DNA from: Lytechinus pictus
Lineage: Eukaryota
Direction: 5' to 3'
NCBI RefSeq assembly: GCF_037042905.1
Contig: NC_087251.1
Location: forward strand, 40,984,001-41,048,000
DNA length: 64,000 nt
The position numbers were made by a program, and so were the translations under genes. Positions 41,401 to 56,400 of this stretch are shown here, one piece after another (within the stretch, counting starts at the first letter, position 1; the number at the start of each line of letters is the position of its first letter). The notes beneath the pieces were generated by a model. The model had not been told where the DNA came from, did no database searches, and saw only the letters and a program-made list of their open reading frames with translations.

Positions 41401-44400
41401 ATTAGGAGTTGAAGAATGCTGCTGCAGTTCTGGGCAGGAAGCAACCCTCCCAGAAGGCAGCAGTCCTAGCAACGGAACAGGAAGCAGAGAGGCAGTGGGA
41501 TGCCCTATGTGAACTTAGCCAGCAGCGGCAGGAGAAGCTAGCCAGCTCCCTCAATCTACAACAATTCTACAAGGACTATAGAGAAATGGTAAGCAAACGA
41601 CATTGTTTCCAAACAGAAATAATTTGTTGTAATGATTTTGACTTCAAGTGTCATTTATCAATGATATAAGCTCACTCCTTGAATGGTTTGAGCCCTTTAA
41701 AAAATAGTTCTGCAGTTCTAACCTCACTGTAATATATATTAAAATGTGCATACATAATTGATTTAGTAATGGGGAATGAATTTAGTGATCTGAAAAAAAT
41801 CTTGGATTTTATTCCTATTTACAAAGTGTAATAGGTTAATTAATCATCCGTGTTATTGTCTTCTGTGACAGATGAGTTGGACTGGTCAGGTGATCAATCA
41901 CATGACTTCTGGTGAGCTTGCCAAAGCATCAAGTGAAGTGGAGAATTTATGTGAGCTTCATAAGGAGAGAAAGGTAATTCAATTAATGTAGGATAAATCA
42001 GATACCTGTACTTATATCATTGTCCATCTATTCAATGCTATGTTTTGTCTTCAAATTCATTGGATCATTTTGTATTGGATCCTGATGGTTGAAAAAAAAT
42101 TCTAAAGACCCAGACCGGACCCAAAAGTGAAATTTACAAATTATTTACCAATCAAAAACTTACAAACTACTTAACACAGCAATGCAAGCTTTATGTGTTT
42201 AACTGCTTACCAGCTGAGTATTTGGTTTAAGAATTGCTCCAATTATTGGGCTTCAAAAATATTATTTCTTTTGCATTTCACCAGCCTCAAACCCATGACA
42301 TCATGTTGTGTTAGAAACGTTGTGATTCCATAGATTTGTACACAGACATACAGTAAGTTCGTATTCTTATTCATCCATGCTGAAATAGGTTTTGGCAATG
42401 TCAAGTTTCTGAGCAAAACCTGGTCTTCCTTGTAAGACCAGGGGCCCATAACACAAAGCTTAGCAATGATCGTAGAACATTTTTCTATGATTGATTGCAT
42501 TGACTATAATGTACAATCAATCGTAAAAATCAAGCGTACGATTAATCGCTAACCTTAGTGTTACGGGACCCAGGTAGGTGTTTTATAAAGCTGTTATAAG
42601 TTATGTAAGTTATGAGCGTCTTTACTTGTGACTGGTGATCATTTTTTAGGCACTGAATCAATATCAATGAAAATTTGGTGTGTATCATTTACCACAAAAA
42701 AGATCACCAGTCTTTCATAAAGTCGCTTGTAACTCAAAACAGCTTTATGAAATTCCTACCTGGTCATTAAGCCTTTCTACGCTTAATTCTTTTGTACTTT
42801 TATTCTCTCAGGCTGAAATAGATGGTCGCAATGCCAAGTTCGAGTCTCTGCATGAGACCGGGTCTTCCTTGGTAGATGAAGGTCACTACGCTGCTGCTGA
42901 TATCAAACAATGCTTGGAGGAGCTGACCGCAAGCAAGGCTCAGGTAGAGACAGGCTGGGAGCAACGCAAGACACTCCTGGCTCAGTGTTTGGATCTTCAA
43001 GTGTTCAAGGAGTACATGGAACAAGCAGATAGCTGGCTGGCAACCAAGGAAGCCTTTATTACACAGGAGGATGCAGGGGTGAGTGATTGTCAATAGGAGG
43101 AGGGCAAGTCAATCAACCTTTGTGCATCTTCCACCCACATTTTTCTCAAGTTAATTACACAGCAACAGAAAAGTCAAATATAACACTGGGAGCGACAATG
43201 TATGTCAGAATCAAGTAACGCTATCGTGAAAATTGAGGAATCTAAACATGCTGTTGCTAATATTAAAAGCATGAGATGTATCAATCAAACTTACGATAGA
43301 ATGAGAGTTTTTCTGGATGTATTTATTTATTTATTTAGTTATTTATTTATTTATCTATTTTTTTAAAATTTATTTATTTATATATTTATTCATTTATTTA
43401 TTTATTTATCTATTTTTTTTAATTTATTAATTTATATATTTATTCATTTATTTATTCATTCATTTATTTCTTTATTTATTTATTTATTTTTTCTGTATCA
43501 TGACTGTGTAATGGAATAAATCATGAAACATGATAGAAGAATTTTAAAATAAATTAAAAATAAAATAAAGTACATTGAGTAGAGTAAAGCTCAAATATAT
43601 CATCAGTGGCCTGGAAGGGGAGAGGAACAGAGTCATAGAACAGTCATATTCATGTTGACTTTATAATGCAGCCAAGATCGGTGTAATATGTGTTTTTATT
43701 GTGATAGTATGCAATGAATAACTTCTTATGTCATCAACATGTCTGATTTGATTCACAATGTATGGATGTGTTTTAGGATTCCCTCACCATGGTGGAATCT
43801 ATGGCCAGAAAACATGAAGGGTTTGAGAAGACGTTAGAGAGCCAGGTAGAGAAGATAGATGAGCTACAGGTCTTTGCGTCTCAGCTTGTATCAGGAGGAC
43901 ATTATGATTCTGGATGGGTACAGTCTAAATGTCAGGCCATTGCAGACAGGTTAGTGGAGGGAAAATAATCAAATAGTCTACAAACAATAAGATGATGGGG
44001 TGAACAGCATGTATGTGCAAAAAAAAAATATTCAAAAGCGCCGGCTCCCCAATATGTCACACGTTATTGTGGGGGCGACGTGGTCTAGTGGTTAAGACTC
44101 GTCTTTCAATCTGAAGGACGTGGGTACGATTCCAAGCCATGGCGTGTTTTCCTTCAGCAAGAAATTTACCCAAATTGTGCTGCACTCAACCCAGGTGAGG
44201 TAAATGGGTACCAGCAGGAAGTAATTTTTCAAAAACCTTAGCTTAGCCGGGGTAATATAAGAGCGCATTGAGCACCTGGCAAGATGGATACGTGTGCTAT
44301 AAAAATCCTAAATTATTATTTATATTATTTTATTAATGAAGTTGCTTAAATAGATGGGTCTTTTGTTCAGATTTGATGATCTTAATGTTAACAATTATAA

Positions 44401-47400
44401 AGTTGGAACGGAAGAGAATTCCAAAGACGAGTAGCAACTGAAGAAAAAGCTCCATCCCCGTAAACTTTCAGACAATACACATGATTGAGGGCCTTAGTAA
44501 GTATTACACTCATGAGGTACCTTGGGAACAGTTGTAACATGCCAGCAGGCATGATTCCATGACATTTGCTCTGGCGACAATTACTCCTCCGTAAATCCAT
44601 TCACTATTTGAATTGATTGTGCACAGGCAACCAATTATATCACTAGGATGTACTTCACCATTTTATAAGAAATCACTTTGATCAAGATATTTTTATAGAA
44701 AAAAAGGTATGTGGAAAAAAAGAACATACATAACTGTATTCAAAAGCTGTGGTCATTTTGACTATCGTGGATTTAGCACATTGCTTTGGGATTAATATGA
44801 GATTTAAGATTTAGTCTGTAAAAAATAGTCCCCATTGGTATGCTATATATGGGCATTTTCACGGTAACTGACGTTACACGGCACAATTTTACACACTTTT
44901 CATTGTGTGTATGATTATCTCTAAAACAACAAATGATGGGAGTTTGCTTTTCATATATAGACTATAAGAAGTCAAAATGCAGAAATAAATTTTTAATTCT
45001 TTCATTCGTATGCTTGATTTGGCCATTAGGTTTATGGGTTCTTGGCATTTTCAAGTATAAAATAAGTTTTTCTTGTGTGACACAAATAGGAGAGACAAAC
45101 TCTACAATGAGACAGAAGCGAGGAGGAAACGTTTGACTGAATCCCTTGAGATGCATCAGTTTCTACAGGACATCTATGAGGTTGGGTCGTGGATCAGCGA
45201 AAAGACTCAGATTGCTTGTGATGAGTCGTTCCGTGATGAGAGCAATCTAACCCACAAACTGCAGAAACATCAAGCCTTTGAAGCAGAGCTACTCTCCAAC
45301 AGAGGAAGGGTTGATTCCATTCAACAGGTTTGTATAAAGGCCACCGCACACCTCAAGACCCGACTGGTCTATGACTGATCTGCGACTGGGTGAACGGAAA
45401 TGTGACGTCACAGCTCTTGTCAGCTTGAGAGTCGCAGACCGGCCAGAGACAAATCGCAAGGAAACTCGTAAGGACTCGACATGTTGAATCCTTACAACTG
45501 GATCGCAAGCTCAATCCAACTTCCAGCCAATCAGACAGCAGGGTCGCACTTAGATACCAACACGTTCATGATAATTATGCAACGGCATAGGCAGTAGAAA
45601 GCGTCATTTTCTCAGTTGCTATGGCAAAAAGCAAAATGCACGTGCGTGAATCGCTGACAGCAGGGTGGTCGGATCACAAGGTGTTTGGTATCGGGGCTTA
45701 TGACTACCTTGCGATTCATCTCCCCACAATCAGTTACAGACCAGTCGTAGACCAAGCGGGTTGTAAGGTGTGCAGTGGCCTTTAGAAGTATTGGTAAATT
45801 GCTGATTGGTCTACTCTGCCTCATCTTCTTTCCGTTAGGTCTCATCCCACATGGTCAATTCAAGTTCATCTACATGTACAACCTGTTTGTCTACTTACTG
45901 ATTATTTGGTCTAAATGCCATTTAGCCAATTTTCCTTTTGTTTAATTTCCAGTTAGGCTTTACCAATTTAGTCTAATATCTACTTGATCTGACACCACTA
46001 AGTCGATATGGTTGGATGATAATCAACCAAAGTTTAATTTGAAAAAGTAAAAACTAATAAGTAGACAAAGTGGTAATAAGACTAACTGAATATTAGACGT
46101 AATGAGAATTAGACTAAGTGGGTAGTAGACCAGTGTAGTGTAGGCCAAATAGTCCAAACCAATAGTAGACTGAGTGGCCCGTATTCTGAACTCGGGTTTA
46201 AATTAAACCCTGGTTTAAAGTTGTGGTTTAAATATGGAGAGCCAATTGGAGCACAAATCCCTAACAGTACACATCCAATCTATTAACTCATTTGACACTC
46301 AAATTGTCTGTGAATGATATCTGAAGTATTTTTCTTCACTATGAAAGCAAAAGGAAACAAAATAGTAAGCATAAGAAATATACAATTTAAACAGAATTTT
46401 TGAATTTTGGCTCCCCATAATTTTAGTACAGATTTAGACCATGGTCTAAGTTAAACCTGACTTCAGAATACGGGCCAATGAGTTTAACTCATGTGGTATA
46501 AGACTATCTAAGAAATAGACCAATTACTTGAATACCAAGTGAATGATCAATAAATAAATGTTGATTGTCTTTCAGACTTCATAGTTAGATTATGACCAAA
46601 GATTCTTGGGATGTCAGCACCATTTAAAAGGCAGTTTTATGTGTTCTGTACTGTTTCATCTATCTGTAGAGCTACTATACTCGGCACTTGATTATTCAAC
46701 ATTTACAGACATCTTTGCCAGACATTGTATGGAAAATATTCAGGAACACCCCCCCCCCCCCTCCTCTTTGTTTTACAACTTTGCAAAATATATCTATAGC
46801 TGTTTTCTCCAATCTACTGCTTAAAAATGAGTGATCTAAACTATTGGAAGATGAAAATATCTGAATTCTGTTTACATTGTATGTTTCTTATGTTTGCATG
46901 ATTTGAGTGTCAAATGAGCTCATGAATTGAACCCGTACTGTTAATGATTAGTGTCCCAATAGGTTATCCGTAAGTAAGTCATAACCTTACACCCAATTAA
47001 AACTGAAGTGCTAAATATTGACCATTAGCTCAATCATTAGAATTCTCGTGATGTAACCATGATTACTCTGTAATTATACTAATGTAATAAGATGTATTGT
47101 TTATCACAGCGTGGTGAAGCTATGATTGAAAAGGAGCACCATGCAGCTGCTGATATCAGAGAGAAACTGACCGAACTTGAACAGAGATGGCAGCATCTAA
47201 TGGATAGGTGTGCTTGGAAGCAAGATCATCTACAACAAGCTTACAAGGTAGGAACAGGATTGTACAGGTTGAATATTACCTTTCCCAGAAGAAGTTCAAT
47301 TTTTCCCATGGGATTATGTATCGCCTAAAGCTCACAGTGCTGAGGGAATACCTGTTCTTGAGGTGAGGAGAGTTCTAATATTATTTATGAAACAGATAGA

Positions 47401-50400
47401 CCAGGCAATATCTGTTTTATTTCTGTAATCCACGTAGATTCACCGTTAGAGTGTGCGTTGGGATTATGATAAAATTGCAATACGGCGGCAGCTCGGATCC
47501 GTCTATGACCTAATAAAAAACACAGCTAGTGCATGCTTCATGTATTTTATACATACACGCTAAAGCGTACTTTACGCAAACTACCTGATAAGCAGCTTAC
47601 AAGCAGCGCGTGATGTCGCCTCAGTGCATATCATGCTGCTATTTAGAATATAGCAGAGTTATATTCACTCAGGTGACTTCAAAACCTAGAATATGACCAA
47701 TGTGCTCCCTGGATCTAACATCACTGATTTGAATCTATGTAACCTGTGTAGTATAATATAGATATTGTCAACTTATTATCATACACATGATCAACACAGT
47801 ATGGTTTGCTTGGAAAATCAGCATTTATAGAAATAAATGTGTGTCATAAGCAGAGCTTCCAAGTCTCCCGGATCCTGCGGGAGAATACTGGATTGCGATC
47901 CAATCTCCCGTTCTCCCGACCCCATGCCAAAATCTCCCGGATAATCAAGATTTTTAGCTGTTAAATTGTAAAATTCATACAAACGACTGTTTAACGAGTC
48001 TAGCATGTTCAACTCCCTAGCACCCACGTGGAACCTCCTTATCACATTTTCATTTTACCCAGTAAATTCTACCAGTTTTTGTATAATCGTACATTGATTT
48101 CCTATGTAAATGAAGATAATTTTACTGAACGACTGGTGAAGTAGTCTAACAAGCCATTTTATTTCCGGGTTCTGAAATGTGTGTGATGAAAACTCTTCAG
48201 CGGTACTCCATGCACATGGCCCCCGATGCGCCCCGGCGCGGCTCCAGCCGGCCGCGCTGCGCCTGCAAGCTCCGAGAAGGAAAGTTCACGAGCACTGCGA
48301 GGCATTTTTCGTAAGCTTGCTTGCGCCTTATTCGAGCTGAAACTGTGGATCAACGATGGGATTAAAAAGTGGATTACTTTTACACCTCGACTTTCAGTTT
48401 CAGGAATAATTCTATTGACAATCCTGAAGAATTAGAAGCAAAGTGGAGTTTTTTTCGCCTACTTTCACTTGGGTTGATCGGATTCGAACATTTTCTCTTT
48501 CGTGAGTGAGCTAGCCTGGCGCTGGCTGGCTGAGCTGTGCGAAGCACGCCCGTACGTCCCGATTCATCCACACTACAGTACAATCGCATCGCCAGTGACC
48601 ATGGAGATCATGGAGATGGAGTCATCCAAGACCAAGACGACAAAATACTTGTCGAAGTATAAAGATACTTTTCAAGCAGAATGGGACTGTGTGACAATTT
48701 TCACAGGAATCCCTCAGAGACCTTAAACAGTCCACAGATAAAGCTAATTTACCATGTTTACCACTACTGCAGCCCCTTCCCCTCTGGCCAAAGGTATTTT
48801 CATGTTGAATGCATTATTTTATGAATTATTTAAAAAATCGCCTGAAGTGTATATTTAGACAATGACAATTCATGAATTCTCTCTAATGTGCATTTAATCT
48901 ATCAGAATTTTTTTTGATGGCTTAGACAGCTGTTGGTTACTATCAAATGCTGTTTCTTAATGTGTTTTGCTACCCAAAACTCCCATCCGTGGGACAACGT
49001 TCCGCCGCTCCCTCACAAAATCATACCTCCGCGAAATCTACTGGATTCTATCATCCCAATGTTGGCAGCTCTGCATAAGCATTGTAACCCAGATATTGTA
49101 TACAGAAGGGATATTGTCAATATTGAAGAGTGTTAAAATACTCTGTGCAAATTTTGTGGAAGGGGATTGAGTGACTTTAATAAATGTCAACTTTGATTGC
49201 TGTCAGCTGTTTAGAAGATAGATTTGAAGAAGAGAAAAAAATACACTCTAGAATGGCATTGAGCAAGAAAATATGATTAGTCTTTTGTTAAATTCCATTC
49301 TTGAAGGATATCTTAATGTGAAATTAAATTCACAGAAGTAGGTACAAGTATCTCGTGGTAGGTGATGGTTATGATGACGATCATAATGATGATTTTGATG
49401 AAGTCCATGAACACCTTTCGAACAGCGCCATTTATCTGTTATGAACATTCAAAGGCACTGGCTCCCAAAACACATCGCATAGTATTCATGTAGTTGCTGG
49501 AAAAGATAGGTCTTTAGTTCAGTGTTGAAGGTCTCAAGGTTGTTACAAGTGCAAAGATATTGCCGACTTCATATCTTGATTTTCTTGTCCGTTGCTCTTT
49601 AATAATCCAAGGCCTAATGTTCTTCAGCATACTATAGATATTATTACTTTACTGTGAGAATCATTTCTATTATTTCATCTTTCAAGGCCCATGTTCTTCA
49701 GCGTACTATTGATGAAATGAGTGATTGGTTGAATGAGGTTGAGAATCATCTTCAGACCAGTGATGTAGGCAAAGACATGGCTAGTGTCAAACATCTTATC
49801 AAGAAACATCAGGTAGGTTTCTTCTTTACTAGCCCAGTACCATTACATCTTTGGTTGCCTTGAACAGTGAAACCTCAATGTTCAGCTACAAATATACGGT
49901 AGACTCTGCTCAAGTCAACCTTCCATATGCCAAAGATTTTTTTCGGACTGAAATATGCAAATATGGGTTATTTCCATCTACTCAGTAAATTTTTTTGCCA
50001 AAGTTAGAACAGATTTATGTGGTCCCAAATGATTTCTCTAAGGCAAGGTCACCTGTATGTATAGATTTTAAGAGTGGTTATTTGTGCATAGACTGGAATG
50101 AGGATAGAGATTTCTATAAACCTGATGCACATGACATCAAACTGGTTTAAGCGTAGGTGAGGACATGGCCGTTCTTCAGGAAGCGATTTTCTCATGGAAA
50201 TACAAGGGTGTACATGTTTGGTGCACTACTGTGTGCAGAATGAATATGCTACGGTTTCAAATTTTGCTCAAACACATGTGACTCCACTGAGAGCATTCCC
50301 ATAGCAACAAGACCAGTTTACATGCCGTGGTTCTATCGAAACCAGTTCAGGAGATGGTGATGAGAATGCTAGCAAAGTGATCTTCTAAACCGGTCTCCTA

Positions 50401-53400
50401 AACTGGTTGAGGGAAATCAGTTCAAGAAAGTATACTGAGAACGGGGTCTTTGTTGGATATCGGCACTTCGAGCAATATATAATCTGATTCTGCACAGGAA
50501 AATTAATGCAGACAAAAAATATGCAGTTTAACGTATCGCTAAAGTGCCCTTTATTGATGTATAATTAATTTCCCTTCATGTATTTCTAGGCTGTGAATCT
50601 TGATGTTGAATCATACGAGGAGAAAGTGATTGAAATCAAACAAACAGCTGAGACATTCAAAGGAGAGGAAAACTTCCTAGCTGATGACATGATTGAGAAA
50701 ACAGATACGGTCTACCAAAGGTAAGGGTTCAGTTTTTTTTTAGTTTTTTTATTTATATTTTTCCCCTGAATATCTTATCCAAAATGACTGCAATAAAAGT
50801 ACACAAGAGAGAGATTTCAAAGAGATATAAATCAGTTTCTTCTACTTTTTATTAAGTTTTCCCCCATTGTTTTGTACGTACACATTTTTCTTATATAATG
50901 AACAGATTCCATTAAGTATTATAATTAGGTATATCTTTTTCAAATTTTTGTTAAAATAAACAGTTCTTGTTCATATAATATTGATAATGATAATGTTTTT
51001 ATTTCATACATCACATCAGCATAACGCCCTCAACATTTAAAAGATTAATCATTACCCTTTCATGTGATTCTGGCTTTCTCCACTCCCTGGGGAGCATTCC
51101 AACAAGGGTTTCCTTTATACATAGGGTTTTCAACCCTTCCGGGTACCCATTTCACTCCATCAGGAGATTTTGATATATACAGTTAATGAGGAAATACAAA
51201 ATTGTCACTCTCTCATTTCTCATTTTTCTTCCTGCTTTCATGACAAGGTATGATGCTGTCAATGAGTTGGCTGCGAAGAGACAGAAGCAGCTCGATGATG
51301 CCTTCACTCTTTACAAGTTCTTGCGGGATGTTGATGATGAGTTGTCATGGATACAAGAGAAGATGACGTTAGCATCATCTACCGACTATGGCAGCTCATT
51401 GACTGCTGTACAAAACCTTTTCAAGAGACATCAGGTTAGGAGTCACTTAGATCATGATGATAATATATGTGATCTGTGAAGTGCTAATACTCATATGGAA
51501 ATTATTAACTTTCTTGATCTTCAAATTGATCTTCAGATGAAAATATCTCTTATTATGGAATTAATACTTTTCAATCCTGTCTTTGAATACTGATTTTGAT
51601 TGTTTTATCATTTACCACTTTAAACTGAAGAATTGATGTTAATGTATTCTTTAAAAACGTAATTGTTGCATTTTATGTTCTATTTTGTTAGACTTATTTC
51701 TGTTTATAAAATTGCAAAAATAACATACTTGGTAACAATTTGGGATGTTGGTGCATTTTGACATACATGTATTCAGCAATCATTGTTATCTCGCCTGCAT
51801 TGCAGAGTGAGACTATAGACACTGCTCTAGATCAAAGGTCATTTAGGGTTAATGAAGTTTGACCATGTTTTCAATATCAACATTGAAATCTAAACCGAGG
51901 TCAAGCTTTTGTAATGTTTTCGTAACTAAGGAAGTATATGGACGTAGTTAATGAAACTTGAATGCAAGCAAGACTGCCAGAGGCATTCCATTTGTTTAAT
52001 ATTATGTTGTTTTTTTCCTCTGGTAGATTTTGGAGAGTGAGATAACAGCTCATGAGCAGTTGATTAGTGCTGTGTCGAACACAGCTCATCAGCTGGTGGA
52101 TACCAATCACTATGGCAGCAATGAAATCAAAGACCAGGAAACAGTTCTGAATTCAAGATGGAGTCAACTCAAAGAGGCTGCTACGGGCAGAAAGAGGAAA
52201 CTCTCTTCTGCATTGGATATTCAGAAGGTAAGAATAGCCTCTATGAATGTAGATAGGTAGATAAATTGATTTTATATAAAAACAATGGCCCGAATTCACA
52301 AAGGTGGTTTTGAAAACCCACGGTTGAGTCCATGGTTTATGCAGATTTCCTGTATTAATTACACTTAATTTAGCGCGTATCGGGCGTGTGAATAAAAAAT
52401 GTCCAATGCTGATGCGCACTTTTGTCACAGTGACGCCTGTTACCATGGTTAGATACGCCATTTTATTAACGAGTCCACTGTTTGAAGAGTAGATTAATTA
52501 TTCAAAACAGTGGACTCATAAATAAAATAGCATGGATAACCACGGCAACAGGCGTTGATTTGGCGCACTGGCAACAGCGGGCATCAGCTTTGGACATTTT
52601 TCAACATACGTGGTAAAATGAGCGTAATTTATACAGGAAATCTGCATAAACCATGGACTCAACCGTGGGTTTTCAAAACCACCTTTGTGAATTCGGGCCA
52701 TGTCTGGTAGTTACAAATGAAATGAACATAAATTACAAACCAAAGGAATCTCAGGACATTAAACATGCAGCATTGGACATCAATAGGTCACTTTCATAGT
52801 GCACTTGTATAGAAAAAAAAAAAAGAGCTCTTCATTTCCTTGTATACAAATAATGCATGCAGCCGAGTGCGTTAGTGGAAATGCAGAGCACGCGATGTTT
52901 CTTTAGATAGGTGCCGCACTATGCACGAGCCGCTGGCGGTGAGTGCCCAGTGTGCACCATCTGAAGAAACCAAGCTTTCTCTGCATTTACTTTTACACAC
53001 GACAGAGCAAGTGCATTATTTGTTTTACAAAATAGCAACACAGAAACAAATTCTTAAAAAGTTACAGTACAGTTTTGTTGGACTTCTCCCGGGACTTCTC
53101 CTGCACTGGTCTGCTTGAGCGTGCAATGTCAATTTTCGTTGCGCACCTTTTGCACTGCCGTGCGTGCACAAAAAAAGTTGGATGTCATGTGACGCGTATT
53201 GGCCAATCGCGATGCTTGAAATAATACACCTATTTTATAATTAGCAATATGCAGCTTGTTATCTGGCAAGACGGGGCCTGTCAAAATAAAGTGCATTATA
53301 AAAGTTCTTGCATGTAATACTAATACTGTATCCAGGCAATTTATAAGGGTTGCAGTATCTCAGGTTGTCGAGGAGTGATCTCATAAACATGTAATCCAGT

Positions 53401-56400
53401 TAAGATATCAAACCAGTGTGCTAGTAAGCTATTTCTCTGTATTACCCGGTCCTTTGGAGAAGATTCTAAGCTATCCATCTTCTGATTACTTACTTACATG
53501 CACCCATGTTTTCTGAGCAATTAACTTAAATCTCCACCACCAAAAGTTGTTTTTAGACCACCTTTTAGTCAAGTTAGAATATGTCACAACTTGCCATCAG
53601 TAAACCTGGAGGCAATAGCCCGTATTCTGAAGTCAGGTTTAACTTTGACCGCGGTCTAACTCAGTGCTAAAATTATGGGGAGCCAAAAATTCTGTTTATA
53701 TTGTATATTTCTTAGGTTTACTATTTTGTTTCCTTTTGCTTTGATACGGAAGAAAAATATGTCAGTTGTCATGCCCAGACAATTATGAACTATTTGGGTG
53801 TCATGTGAGTTAATAAATTGAATGTGTACTGTTAGGGATTTCCTGCCCCAATCGGCTCTCCATAGTTAAACCGCAACTTTAAACCAGGGTTTAATTTAAA
53901 CCCAAGTTCAGAATATGGGCCTATGATTCATTTGTATTTTGGGATCTTTATTTGCAGAATTTCATATCGTAAAATCAATTAATTCATTGCTTTTTGTAGC
54001 AAGTTCTGTGTAAGGTCATGTATGGCCACTTTGCAGTTGATAATTTATCTTATCGCAATACATTTACATAAATTGAATCAGATTAAAATTGAATTAAACC
54101 AAGGATGTTGAAAAAAGGTGAGTATACAGATGCAAAAAAGGTATGAATATCTAGAACAGAAACATATCAAGTTCTTCTAATACATCTTTCTTTTTTTTGT
54201 ATTTCCACTTAACATAATATCTGAAATCATTTTTCAATACCATCCAAATTGACAATTAAACAATTTATTACTAAAGTAATTTAACATACATGTATATACC
54301 TTGTAAACTGCATTTTGCGCATAAACTAATAATAGGTTAATCAAATTATATTTGGACTCACTGATGTTAACCAAGGAAGATAATGTTATGCTGATCATGA
54401 GATGGAAAATTGTGAATAGAAAAAAAAAATTTAACAGTGGAGGTGCTGGATATGGAATGATTAATAATTGATGTACACTGTGATAATTTGATGACAATGT
54501 TTTTTCTTATATTCTCCAGTTTTTCTCTGACCTGATGGAAGCTGAATCCTGGATGAATGACAGGCGCCCTCTCGTGACCAGCACAGATTATGGCAAGAAT
54601 GAAGACTCGGTAGTGTCTTTATTGAAGAAGCTAGATGGTTTGGAGCTTGATCTAGAGGGTTACTCAGGAACCCTACAAGCTTTAGCAACAACTGCCAGCA
54701 ATCTATCTGATCCATCTAACCCTGCTGTGAAGGATGTAAAGAAAAGACAGGTTTGGTTTGGAATTTTGATCTTTTTTCTGTGAGGTTCATGTAAATGGTA
54801 TATTCTGATGGTAATGAATATGTGGTTGATTTTTTTAAAAATTCATTTTAGATTAAAAAGGTGATGGGATTGTTTTCACTCTCACAATTCCATGTACCAT
54901 ATTCATTCAGGTGGTTGGTGATTCAATAAAAATTTGTTTTCTTTCTTTGAAATATACTGTTTGATTGTAACTGATATTCTAATGTTTTATTTCAGTAAAT
55001 GGAACTGTACAGTTCTTTTAGCAATAATGTATGCTCTTTGGGCTTGAATAACTGAACAGTCTGTAATATATGTCCATCACTGAACTGGGGATATGAGTAG
55101 CTTTATTTTCCCTAAATAAAGAAGAAAACAATGTGAGCCAATTGAAGGCATTCACCTTCGAAAGTTTCCTCTCTGTTTTAAATTGTTTTTTTTAATGATG
55201 ATATATTACAATGAGAAATATAAAATAGTAAGATTTGATTTTTTTTTATAGTAGTATAGTTTGTAGAGTGATTAGTATCACTAAAATGGTAGGGTGGTAT
55301 GTTTACCAAGTTAAGCATAATTCTGATGCTTTAAAGTTGTACTGTACTTTACTACTTGTAATTTTATTGAGATCATACACTCTCAAAACACTCATTGAAA
55401 TAATGTGCCAGTCGTTGGGAGGTTTTTTTTTCTGGTTATTGGCTCAGTGGGTTTTGCAATGTTAATGCTGGATGAAGTTTTAAATAAACTGGTATTTTTT
55501 CTGGGAGTGTATTCTTATTTTCACTTTGTCGGTGCTGTATTTATTGTTTTGCATATTTAGCTATATGTATTGTAAATTTGTTCTTGAGATTTTCAAATTC
55601 TGGATTGGGGGTCGATAAGAGTTTGATAAATGGGTAATTTCATTGGGTTGGATTCATTTTTGTGTCCCAATTAAATATCTTTCAATGATCACTTCCGTTA
55701 AAAAAAATTGATGTCCCACTCAGGTTTACTAATCAAACATATTGCAATTGCATATTGACGTATTGCAGTTCTAGACCTGACAGTCTATTGCCAAAGATAT
55801 ATGAATGTGATGTCCATGTAATGTTGTTTAAATAATTAATTTGAACTATAACGAATCAAGAAAGATTTTAAGATCAAACCTGAATTACTATGTCAGGATA
55901 CCATCCTCTTATTGACCTTTCAAAACTTAGCCACATCTGAATTGATCTTCATTCAGATAGCATTAGTGATAATACGTTACATGACCGGTTGTGTTGGCTC
56001 AGTTGATAGAGCGTCCGTCTCACAACGGGGAGGTTGGGGGTTCAAACCCCAGCCGCTTCAGACCAAAAGACGTTAAAAGTTTCTGCTACCCTGTTGGCGT
56101 TCAATGATTAAAGGGATAGAGCCTCGTCGATCTGGCGCTGCGCAGCGGCTGCCGGGCTCACGATCAATTGGGGCAAAGCAAATTTTCGGAGTATTTCATT
56201 TCATGTCTATTTCGAACAATAAATTATGGATTTTCATTTTTTTTTTCTGATTTTTTTTTAACCCAATCCGATGGAATTTACCCAAATCTTGTCTCCTCTT
56301 ATCTTAGACTGAGATAGAGAATGAGTATCAGGAGATTCTGGACCTACTTGAGTCGAGGAAACAAGTGTTGATGGGCCATCTTAAACAGTTTGAGTTTCTA

